NCBI GenBank assembly: GCA_964457525.1
Contig: CAYWGS010000082.1
Coordinates: forward strand, 1-6,540
Source of the DNA: an uncultured Erysipelotrichaceae bacterium
Lineage (GTDB): Bacteria; Bacillota_I; Bacilli_A; Erysipelotrichales; Erysipelotrichaceae
DNA: 6,540 nt
Direction: 5' to 3'
The position numbers and the translations under genes are program-made. The notes under the pieces are model-generated. The model was not told where the DNA came from, did no database searches, and worked only from the letters and a program-made list of their open reading frames with translations. Positions 1-5,882 of the stretch are shown here, piece after piece (position 1 is the stretch's first letter; every line of letters begins with the position of its first letter).

Positions 1-67
1 GCGTTTGCCTGGACCTTTTCATTTGTATTCTATTCAAAGCTGTTTATTCGTTACACCCTCTATTATT

Positions 68-1300
68 TTATTTTGAATTGTCAATCTTTTGAACTTTATC
101 GACCATGAAGTATCCGATGATAAACAAGATTATAAGTGCTAGGATACCATATCGAGAGGTCTTAAAGAAGATGGCAGTAACTGATAGAATTAATGGTCCA
201 AAGAAATCTGCAAATTTACCGAAGATATCGAAGAAGCCAAAGTATTCATTGGATTCATTCTTTGGCACAATCTTACCAAAGTATGAACGTGATAAGGATT
301 GTACACCACCCTGAGCGAGCGCAACCATTACCGCTAAGAACCAGAATTCCCATGCTTTATCTAATTGGAATCCAAAGATTGCGATAAAGATATAAATGAG
401 AATATAAATCTTAATGAGTTTAATTGGTCCATATTTCTTTGATAAAATACCTGCTAAGATTGCGAATGGGAACGCAATAACTTGAGTTAAGAGTAACGCA
501 ACAATCATTAAGGTACTTTCAATTCCGACTTCACCACCATAAGTAGTAGCCATTGAGATAATTGTATACACCCCATCAATGTAGAAGAAATAACCAACGA
601 TAAAGTAGAACATACGTTTATCCTGACGAATCTTCGCCAAAGTATGGAATACACGTTGGAAAGATGATTTTACAACATTTTGAATTGGTGGAAGATAGTA
701 TTCTTGTTTAACATTTTTAAGCAAAGGAATACTTAATAATGCCCACCACAATACAGTAATCAAGAATGAAATTTGAGTTGCTTGTGTTGTTGTTAAACCA
801 AATGGTTTAATAAAGATAATCGCAATACCTAAGATAAATGGAATCGTACTGCCAATATATCCAAAGGCATATCCCATTGAACTTAGCATATCCATTCTTT
901 CATCTGCCGCAACATCCACCAACATCGAATCATAGAAAATATTACATGCGGAATAACCGATACGAGCTAATACGAATAACAATAAGAATGCCATCCAGTC
1001 TGTCATTACTGTCATGGTTAATGCGCCAAGTATACCAACAGCTAAGAAACCAACAAACATCTTTTTCTTCATTCCTTTATAATCCGCAATTGCGCCAAGA
1101 ATTGGAGATAAGATTGCTAATATAATGACTGCTGTAGAGGTAGCTCCACCAAACCATGCGGAGATAACATGATCCGCAACATTAGCTTCAGTTGCTAACG
1201 CTCTAAAATAAATAGGGATGGTTGCGGTTACAATCAAAATAAAAGCTGAGTTTGCAACATCATACAAAATCCAACTTAATTCAGTTTTATTTAATTTCAT
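68..1300 (-). CDS. MFS transporter, UMF1/YxiO (Atg22-like) subfamily, 410 aa
   Basis: Long minus-strand ORF that is hydrophobic throughout, as expected for a polytopic membrane protein. I place the start at ATG 1298-1300 (Met49 of the 458-aa track ORF). It is preceded by AAAGGAAAAAAGGAT (SD-like), whereas the longer extension runs back through a terminator hairpin and into the neighbouring gene. The N-terminus KTELSWILYDVANSAFILIV...PIYF matches my memory of the Atg22-like/UMF1 MFS family. Stop is TAA at 68-70. Confidence 0.8.
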   Translation of the reverse strand: MKLNKTELSWILYDVANSAFILIVTATIPIYFRALATEANVADHVISAWFGGATSTAVIILAILSPILGAIADYKGMKKKMFVGFLAVGILGALTMTVMTDWMAFLLLFVLARIGYSACNIFYDSMLVDVAADERMDMLSSMGYAFGYIGSTIPFILGIAIIFIKPFGLTTTQATQISFLITVLWWALLSIPLLKNVKQEYYLPPIQNVVKSSFQRVFHTLAKIRQDKRMFYFIVGYFFYIDGVYTIISMATTYGGEVGIESTLMIVALLLTQVIAFPFAILAGILSKKYGPIKLIKIYILIYIFIAIFGFQLDKAWEFWFLAVMVALAQGGVQSLSRSYFGKIVPKNESNEYFGFFDIFGKFADFFGPLILSVTAIFFKTSRYGILALIILFIIGYFMVDKVQKIDNSK

Positions 1301-1327
1301 ATCCTTTTTTCCTTTTAAGTTAATTTC

Positions 1328-1336
1328 ATTATAACA
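1328..1336 (-). promoter_or_regulatory. Candidate extended -10 promoter (TGTTATAAT) for the MFS gene
   Basis: The minus strand reads TTTTGTTATAATGAAATTAACTTAAAAGGAAAAAAGGATATG. TATAAT is at 1328-1333 and TG at 1335-1336, giving the TGnTATAAT geometry, about 27 nt upstream of the ATG. There is no good -35 (TTGAGA lies at only 12-nt spacing). Confidence 0.35.
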
Positions 1337-1365
1337 AAACAAAAGTCTCAATGCCTGAGACTTTT
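1331..1365 (-). terminator. Rho-independent terminator downstream of hlyIII
   Basis: Perfect 10-bp stem: aaaagtctca (1341-1350) pairs with tgagactttt (1356-1365), with a 5-nt loop. On the minus strand it is followed by GTTTTGTTAT. It lies 16 nt after the hlyIII stop codon. Confidence 0.75.
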
Positions 1366-1380
1366 GTAATGCTTTCTTAA

Positions 1381-2028
1381 CTAAATATAGAACAACATCG
1401 CTGAGAAGTGTGCGATAGCCGCGAAATTTATGAATAAGTGCCAAATGAAGTGGAAGTAGGGTCTATGTTTTTGACTATAGAACCAAGCTCCTATGCTATA
1501 GAATATCCCACCAAGTGCTAACAAGATCATAAACTTAGGATTCGCTACCTTAATAAGTGTTGGCATAAAGAATACCGCAACCCAACCCATCGTTAGATAA
1601 ATACTAACCGATGCTTTTGGCATTGACTTCTTTGATAGTGACTTGTATAAAACACCAAATAAAACCATTGTCCATTGGATGATTAGGATGAGTATACCTT
1701 GCCATCCTTTGATAATGGATAATGCAACAGGTGTATAACTACCCGCAATCGCAACGTAGATAAAGATATGATCTAGGATTCGCATAACGGATTTATGTTT
1801 ACTATCATACGCCATCGCATGATACAAACAAGAACTCAGAAACATCAAGAATAAACTGATAATGAATACTGAGATACCAAGAGCTAGAACCCAACCATCT
1901 CTTTCATATGCAAGTATAGCGCCAATAGGTAAGGCGATTAACATGAGAGCAGCCATTACACCGTGTGTAACGCTATTCCCAATTTCTTCGCCTAAAGAGA
2001 GTTTAAGTAGTGTTTTTTTGTCTTTCAT
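1381..2028 (-). CDS. hlyIII: Hemolysin III family (PAQR / YplQ-like) integral membrane protein, 215 aa
   Basis: Seven-TM-like hydrophobic profile with the PAQR signature set: N-terminal EEIGNSVTHG, SSCLYH, LDHIFIY, and C-terminal HFIWHLF (HxxxH-type). Start is ATG 2026-2028, stop is TAG 1381-1383. No Shine-Dalgarno is visible upstream (GTATAATATCGTC-ATG). Confidence 0.85.
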   Translation of the reverse strand: MKDKKTLLKLSLGEEIGNSVTHGVMAALMLIALPIGAILAYERDGWVLALGISVFIISLFLMFLSSCLYHAMAYDSKHKSVMRILDHIFIYVAIAGSYTPVALSIIKGWQGILILIIQWTMVLFGVLYKSLSKKSMPKASVSIYLTMGWVAVFFMPTLIKVANPKFMILLALGGIFYSIGAWFYSQKHRPYFHFIWHLFINFAAIAHFSAMLFYI

Positions 2029-2034
2029 GACGAT

Positions 2035-2064
2035 ATTATACAGCGGCTAGGTATAAACGTTCAA
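2035..2064 (-). promoter_or_regulatory. Candidate internal sigma-A promoter (TTGAAC-18-TATAAT) inside the sodA 3' end
   Basis: The minus strand reads TTGAAC (2059-2064), an 18-nt spacer, TATAAT (2035-2040), ATCGTC, then ATG (2026-2028). The sodA stop TAA (2036-2038) lies inside the -10 hexamer. Chance TATAAT occurrences are common in AT-rich DNA. Confidence 0.3.
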
Positions 2065-2641
2065 CCTCTTCCCAATTAACTACGTTCCAGAAGTTTGCGA
2101 CATAGTCAGGACGACGGTTTTGATACTTCAAGTAATAAGCATGTTCCCAAACGTCTAATGCAAGGATTGGAGTTCCTTCATTGAATGGAACATCTTGATT
2201 TGGTGTAGAAACAACCTTTAATGTTTTATCAGCCGTAACAACTAACCAAGCCCATCCGCTACCAAAGCGTGTCTTAGCAGCTGTTTCAAATTCTGTCTTA
2301 AATGCATCGAAGGATCCAAACTTCGTAACAATCGCATCTAATACAACTTTAGTTGCTGTTTGTCCACGTGCTGGTGTTAATAGTGTCCAGAATAGATTGT
2401 GGTTATAAACACCACCGCCATTGTTACGAACTGCTGTTTGAATATCCGCAGGTACTTTATCTAAATCCTTTAGTAAAGCATCAAGGGTTAATTCTAGTTC
2501 TGGATGTTTATCCAATGCAGCATTCAAGTTATCCACATAAGCTTGGTGGTGCTTTGAATGGTGGATTGTCATCGTCATTGCGTCGATATGTGGTTCTAGT
2601 GCATCATATGCATAAGGTAGTGTAGGTAATGTGTATTTCAT
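2036..2641 (-). CDS. sodA: Superoxide dismutase, Fe/Mn family, Mn-type signature, 201 aa
   Basis: Classic N-terminus [18 protein letters not shown]...[12 protein letters not shown] and C-terminal signature [18 protein letters not shown]. All four metal ligands are present (His in IHH, His in YNH, Asp and His in DVWEH). NNGGG plus Gln in STPNQD suggests the Mn type. Strong RBS AAAGGAGATAAAATCT precedes the ATG at 2639-2641. Confidence 0.95.
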   Translation of the reverse strand: MKYTLPTLPYAYDALEPHIDAMTMTIHHSKHHQAYVDNLNAALDKHPELELTLDALLKDLDKVPADIQTAVRNNGGGVYNHNLFWTLLTPARGQTATKVVLDAIVTKFGSFDAFKTEFETAAKTRFGSGWAWLVVTADKTLKVVSTPNQDVPFNEGTPILALDVWEHAYYLKYQNRRPDYVANFWNVVNWEEVERLYLAAV

Positions 2642-2670
2642 AGATTTTATCTCCTTTAATTACTAACCAT

Positions 2671-2699
2671 AGAGTAACAAGTTTGACCCTGCACTTCAA
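2671..2699 (-). promoter_or_regulatory. Weak candidate sodA promoter (TTGAAG-17-TACTCT)
   Basis: The minus strand has TTGAAG (2694-2699), a 17-nt spacer and TACTCT (2671-2676), about 30 nt upstream of the sodA ATG. The -10 is poor, so this is only the best available match in the 85-bp gap. Confidence 0.2.
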
Positions 2700-2710
2700 A
2701 ACATATGCCC

Positions 2711-2740
2711 AAAAAAATACCTCAGATTAGCTCTGAGGTA
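2711..2740 (-). terminator. Rho-independent terminator of the cysK / ECF-S operon, overlapping the CDS end
   Basis: The minus strand reads TACCTCAGA-GCTAA-TCTGAGGTA followed by TTTTTTT (plus-strand a-run 2711-2717). The stem is 9 bp (2732-2740 pairs with 2718-2726). The stop codon TAA (2727-2729) of the S-component gene sits in the loop. Confidence 0.75.
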
Positions 2741-3302
2741 TGACTTTAGATACTGCTCTAATGATGATTGGAACTAATATTATCGCTGATATAAGTTCAA
2801 ATAATCCATTGGTTGAAATGATAACTGTAAGTATAACAGAGAAGGCTTGATTAAAGCTTAATACCCCTCCCTGAGCAAAAATAAACATCGAACTCAATAC
2901 AAGAACTGTATTGGATAAAGTCCCAATCGCTGCGACAAGTGCATACTTAATATCCCGATTCTTAATCAATTTACCTAGTCCAATTGTCGAATAAGAAATG
3001 ATTAACCCCACAAGAATTCTTGGAAAGATTGATACCATAGGATTTAAGAAAATGGCTGTTTCTACCGTACCAGGCATGGATAACACTTTTAGAAAACTGG
3101 TAATACCCCAAGTTGCCCCTAACACGAGTCCTCCAACAGGGCCTAAGATAGCAGATCCAACAATGACAGGAATGTGAATGGTTGTGATTGACAACAATCC
3201 AGTTTGAATGTATCCGATATTAGGTACAAATGTCATTAAAAAGATAACCGCAATCATAATACCTAGACGTGTAATTCTTTGTATTGATTGACGTTGATTC
3301 AT
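2727..3302 (-). CDS. ECF transporter substrate-specific (S) component, substrate unknown (PanT-like by eye), 191 aa
   Basis: Small polytopic membrane protein (about 6 hydrophobic segments). The N-terminal region ITRLGIMIAVIFLMTFVPNIGYIQTGLLSITTIHIPVIVGSAILGPVGGLVLGATWG resembles ECF S components as I recall them (xGYIPLG...IHIPVIIG..LGP..G...G). Start is ATG 3300-3302, preceded by TAAGGAGAACT, where TAA is the cysK stop. No ecfA or ecfT genes are in the window. Confidence 0.65.
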   Translation of the reverse strand: MNQRQSIQRITRLGIMIAVIFLMTFVPNIGYIQTGLLSITTIHIPVIVGSAILGPVGGLVLGATWGITSFLKVLSMPGTVETAIFLNPMVSIFPRILVGLIISYSTIGLGKLIKNRDIKYALVAAIGTLSNTVLVLSSMFIFAQGGVLSFNQAFSVILTVIISTNGLFELISAIILVPIIIRAVSKVIPQS

Positions 3303-3310
3303 AGTTCTCC

Positions 3311-4246
3311 TTATTCTGCTTCAAATAACGCAGTTGATAGATAACGCTCTCCGTTATCTGGGAAAATAACAACAATCGTTTTTCCCTTATTTTCTGGTCT
3401 TAGTGCTACTTCTGTTGCGCTATGTAATGCAGCTCCACTCGAAATACCCACTAAAACACCTTCTATTTTAGCAAGCTTACGAGCTTTGTCAAAAGCTTCT
3501 TCAGTTTTTACTTTTAAGACTTCATCATAAATACCTGTATCAAGTGTCTGTGGAATAAATCCTGCTGCCCAACCTTGAATTTTATGTGGTCCAGGACGTC
3601 CCTCAGATAGTAATGGCGCATCAAATGGTTCAGCCGCAATAACCTTCAAACCAGGAATACGTTCTTTGAGATATTTTCCAGCACCACTAATGGTTCCACC
3701 TGTTCCAATACCTGCCACTAAAATATCAATCTTACCATCAAGCGCTTCATAGATTTCTTTACCCGTTGTACGATAATGAACATCTGGATTTGCTGGATTT
3801 TCAAATTGAGATGGCATAAATGCATTAGGAATTGTTTCTAATAATTCTTTAGCCTTCGCAATCGCACCTTTCATACCTAAAGGCCCTTCAGTTAAGACTA
3901 ACTCAGCTCCATATGCCTTTAGCAATTTACGACGTTCAATACTCATTGTTTCTGGCATTGTTAAAATAATACGATATCCTTTACTTGCGGCAATCGCTGC
4001 TAAACCAATTCCAGTATTACCACTTGTTGGTTCAACGATTACAGATCCTTCTTTCAAAAAACCATCCTTTTCAGCTTTTTCAATCATGCTTAACGCAATA
4101 CGATCTTTAACGCTACCTGCAGGATTAAAAGACTCAAGCTTAGCATAAATATGCCCTTGTAAGTTTTCTAACTTCTCAAATCGATTCAATCTTAATAGTG
4201 GTGTATTACCAATTAATTCTCTAGCACTTTGAACAACTTTTAACAT
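3311..4246 (-). CDS. cysK: Cysteine synthase A (O-acetylserine sulfhydrylase), PLP-dependent, 311 aa
   Basis: Motifs present: IGNTPLLRL, PLP-lysine motif SVKDRIA (Lys47), Asn-loop TSGNTG, phosphate loop GIGTGGTISG, and GISSGAA. RBS AAAAGGAGAAATAT precedes the ATG at 4244-4246. Stop is TAA 3311-3313. Confidence 0.93.
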   Translation of the reverse strand: MLKVVQSARELIGNTPLLRLNRFEKLENLQGHIYAKLESFNPAGSVKDRIALSMIEKAEKDGFLKEGSVIVEPTSGNTGIGLAAIAASKGYRIILTMPETMSIERRKLLKAYGAELVLTEGPLGMKGAIAKAKELLETIPNAFMPSQFENPANPDVHYRTTGKEIYEALDGKIDILVAGIGTGGTISGAGKYLKERIPGLKVIAAEPFDAPLLSEGRPGPHKIQGWAAGFIPQTLDTGIYDEVLKVKTEEAFDKARKLAKIEGVLVGISSGAALHSATEVALRPENKGKTIVVIFPDNGERYLSTALFEAE

Positions 4247-4285
4247 ATATTTCTCCTTTTACATAGTTATTTACTAGGTTTTATA

Positions 4286-4294
4286 TGTTATAAT
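4286..4294 (+). promoter_or_regulatory. Candidate extended -10 promoter (TGTTATAAT) for the Rrf2 regulator gene
   Basis: On the plus strand, TG (4286-4287), one nt, then TATAAT (4289-4294). There is no convincing -35. This element overlaps the -10 of the divergent cysK promoter by 3 bp. Confidence 0.45.
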
Positions 4295-4320
4295 ATAAAC
4301 ATCTGATATACGAATGTCAA
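4292..4320 (-). promoter_or_regulatory. Candidate cysK promoter (TTGACA-17-TATATT)
   Basis: The minus strand has a consensus -35 TTGACA (4315-4320), the 17-nt spacer TTCGTATATCAGATGTT, and -10 TATATT (4292-4297). The predicted leader is about 40 nt, too short for a T-box or S-box riboswitch. Confidence 0.5.
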
Positions 4321-4340
4321 ATACAATGATTGAGGTACAT

Positions 4341-4754
4341 ATGAAATATTCTACAAAAGTACGATATGGATTAGCTGTTGTGATGGTCTTAGCAGAAAAG
4401 AATGAGACGACTGCACTAATTACGATTGCGAATCGATTAGGTTTATCTAAGAATTACTTGGAACAAGTCTTGTTCTTACTTAAATCACATCAAATTGTGG
4501 AATCAATCAAAGGTCCGAGTGGTGGCTATAAACTAATAGGCATCGATGATCTTGATCTTTTTACGATATTTTCTGCCTTAGATTCTGATTTAGTTGAAAC
4601 GATTGATGAGAAAAGTCTTGATGATCAACGCTTAAACCAATTATTAAACAACGAAGTTTATTTACCGATTGAACAAGCAGTCACTAAACAACTTAAATCA
4701 ATAAAGATAAAAGATTTAGTTAAACTGAATCAAGCTGAAATGTATTACATATAA
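4341..4754 (+). CDS. cymR: Rrf2-family transcriptional regulator, cysteine-free (no Fe-S ligands), CymR-like, 137 aa
   Basis: Typical Rrf2 N-terminus MKYSTKVRYGL and wHTH region (LSKNYLEQVL...SIKGPSGGYKL). The protein has zero Cys residues. The C-terminus ...QAEMYYI resembles my recollection of B. subtilis CymR (...AYMFYI). The gene is divergent from cysK. I prefer the start at ATG 4341 (RBS GAGGT 5 nt upstream) over the track ORF start at 4314, which has no SD and lies in the cysK -35 region. Confidence 0.8.
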   Translation: MKYSTKVRYGLAVVMVLAEKNETTALITIANRLGLSKNYLEQVLFLLKSHQIVESIKGPSGGYKLIGIDDLDLFTIFSALDSDLVETIDEKSLDDQRLNQLLNNEVYLPIEQAVTKQLKSIKIKDLVKLNQAEMYYI

Positions 4755-4785
4755 TCGTTAAGATACTTTTATTTTAGCACTTCTC

Positions 4786-4814
4786 TTTACAAGCAAACGA
4801 TTGAACTTTACACT
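4786..4814 (+). promoter_or_regulatory. Candidate namA promoter (TTTACA-17-TACACT)
   Basis: On the plus strand, TTTACA (4786-4791), a 17-nt spacer, and TACACT (4809-4814), 23 nt before the ATG. There is no terminator between the regulator stop (4754) and this site, so read-through from the regulator promoter is also possible. Confidence 0.35.
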
Positions 4815-4837
4815 TAGTACATAAATAAGGAGAGAAT

Positions 4838-5851
4838 ATGCTAAGCTTAACACCCTATAAAATTAGAAATATTGAACTTAAAAATAGAATTGTCATGCCC
4901 CCTATGTGCATGTATCAAGCAAAGAACGGATTTGTACAACCGTTTCATCTAACCCATTATGCAACACGTGCACTTGGTAATGTAGGAATGATCGTAGTAG
5001 AGGCTACTGCTGTTAGTCCTGAAGGACGTATCACAGACCAAGATTTAGGTATTTGGGACGATCAGTTCATTCCAGGTTTAAAACAACTTACGGATGAAAT
5101 TCACCGTTATGGCTCATTTGCAGTTATTCAATTAGCCCATGCTGGTAGAAAGAGCCAATCTTCCGCAAATCCACATATCGCACCAAGCGCACTCTCTTTT
5201 TCAGAACAGTATGAAACGCCTGTACAAATGGAATTAGAAGAAATACAAGAACTCAAAGAGAGTTTTGTAGAAGCCGCAAAACGTGCCATTAAAGCTGGTT
5301 TTGATGGGATTGAAATCCATGGAGCACATGGTTATCTGATTCATGAATTCTTATCCCCACTTAGTAATCTTCGTACCGATATATACGGTGGTGATTTAAA
5401 TAATCGGGCACGATTGTTACGTGAAGTGATTCAAGATGTTAAGGAAAGTTTACCTGAACATGTATTGTTCCAAGTTAGAGTATCCGCTAGTGATTATGAT
5501 CCTCAAGGAATTAATGTTCATGATGTGATTGAAGCACTTAGACCTGTTAAAGATTATCTTGATTTTGTCCATGTGAGTTCTGGTGGAAATGTGACACGTC
5601 CAATTAACCTTGTTCCTGCTTATCAAGTACCATTCTCAAGACAAATCAAAGACGCATTAAATATTCCTACAATTGCGGTTGGATTAATTAACGATGGTGA
5701 ACTTGTAGAAGAAGTATTAGTTAATAAAGATGCGGATCTCGTTGCTTTAGGAAGAGAACTTCTCAGAAATCCTTATTTTGTAAATCAATTACTCGCATTA
5801 GATAAACAACTTAATTTATTACCTGAATCTTACTTAAGAGCCTATAAATAA
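4838..5851 (+). CDS. namA: NADPH dehydrogenase / Old Yellow Enzyme, YqjM (thermophilic-like) class, FMN-dependent ene-reductase, 337 aa
   Basis: Near-colinear with my memory of B. subtilis YqjM: LKNRIVMPPMCMY (the Cys typical of the YqjM class), EATAV.PEGRITDQDLGIW.D, IQLAHAGRK, HGAHGYLIHEFLSPLSN, and a C-terminal Arg (YLRAYK). RBS is AAGGAGAGAAT before the ATG. Stop is TAA 5849-5851. Confidence 0.92.
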   Translation: MLSLTPYKIRNIELKNRIVMPPMCMYQAKNGFVQPFHLTHYATRALGNVGMIVVEATAVSPEGRITDQDLGIWDDQFIPGLKQLTDEIHRYGSFAVIQLAHAGRKSQSSANPHIAPSALSFSEQYETPVQMELEEIQELKESFVEAAKRAIKAGFDGIEIHGAHGYLIHEFLSPLSNLRTDIYGGDLNNRARLLREVIQDVKESLPEHVLFQVRVSASDYDPQGINVHDVIEALRPVKDYLDFVHVSSGGNVTRPINLVPAYQVPFSRQIKDALNIPTIAVGLINDGELVEEVLVNKDADLVALGRELLRNPYFVNQLLALDKQLNLLPESYLRAYK

Positions 5852-5882
5852 ACGAAGCCTAATTAGCTTCGTTTATTTTTTT
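5850..5882. terminator. Bidirectional intrinsic terminator shared by convergent namA and lipoprotein genes
   Basis: 9-bp stem: aaacgaagc (5850-5858) pairs with gcttcgttt (5866-5874), with the 7-nt loop ctaatta. The plus strand continues A-TTTTTTT (5875-5882). The minus strand continues ATTTATAGG after the stem. The namA stop overlaps the first stem bases, and the lipoprotein stop TAG (5859-5861) is in the loop. Confidence 0.8.

Noticed and set aside
1-67. Possible terminator or a further gene downstream of the MFS stop at the window edge (gcgtttgcctggacctttt).
   Set aside because: No complete hairpin or ORF fits within the 67 nt available. Any structure would extend beyond the window, so it cannot be evaluated.
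105-387. Plus-strand ORFs 105..314 (69 aa) and 193..387 (64 aa).
   Set aside because: They are entirely antisense to the well-supported MFS CDS. They have no SD, a basic low-complexity composition typical of antisense frames in AT-rich genes, and no recognisable motif.
838-1125. Plus-strand ORF, 95 aa.
   Set aside because: It is antisense to the MFS CDS, with no RBS and a composition rich in Q, R, L and S and free of motifs. It is most likely a shadow ORF.
1301-1444. The 48-codon N-terminal extension of the MFS ORF (track start at 1444), which overlaps the 3' end of hlyIII.
   Set aside because: The extension runs through a perfect terminator hairpin (1341-1365) and 64 nt of the hlyIII CDS, has no SD, and is not hydrophobic or MFS-like. 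The internal ATG at 1300 has an SD and begins the conserved family N-terminus.
1862-2050. Plus-strand ORF, 62 aa.
   Set aside because: It is antisense to hlyIII and the sodA end, with no SD and no motif. It is a shadow ORF.
2353-2625. Plus-strand ORF, 90 aa.
   Set aside because: It is antisense to the highly conserved sodA CDS, with no SD. It is a shadow ORF.
2660-2677. Short inverted repeat TTACT-N8-AGTAA upstream of sodA, considered as a possible PerR, Fur or other operator.
   Set aside because: The arms are only 5 bp in AT-rich DNA. I could not see any resemblance to the PerR/Fur 7-1-7 box (TTATAAT-N-ATTATAA), so it is compatible with chance.
4247-4291. Possible cysteine T-box, S-box or other riboswitch in the cysK leader.
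   Set aside because: The predicted leader is only about 40 nt, with no specifier or antiterminator helices. That is too short for any known sulfur-responsive riboswitch.
4314-4340. Nine-codon N-terminal extension (MSNTMIEVH) of the Rrf2 ORF.
   Set aside because: There is no SD upstream of 4314, and it overlaps the cysK -35 box. ATG 4341 has a GAGGT SD and yields the canonical Rrf2 start MKxSTKxRYGL.
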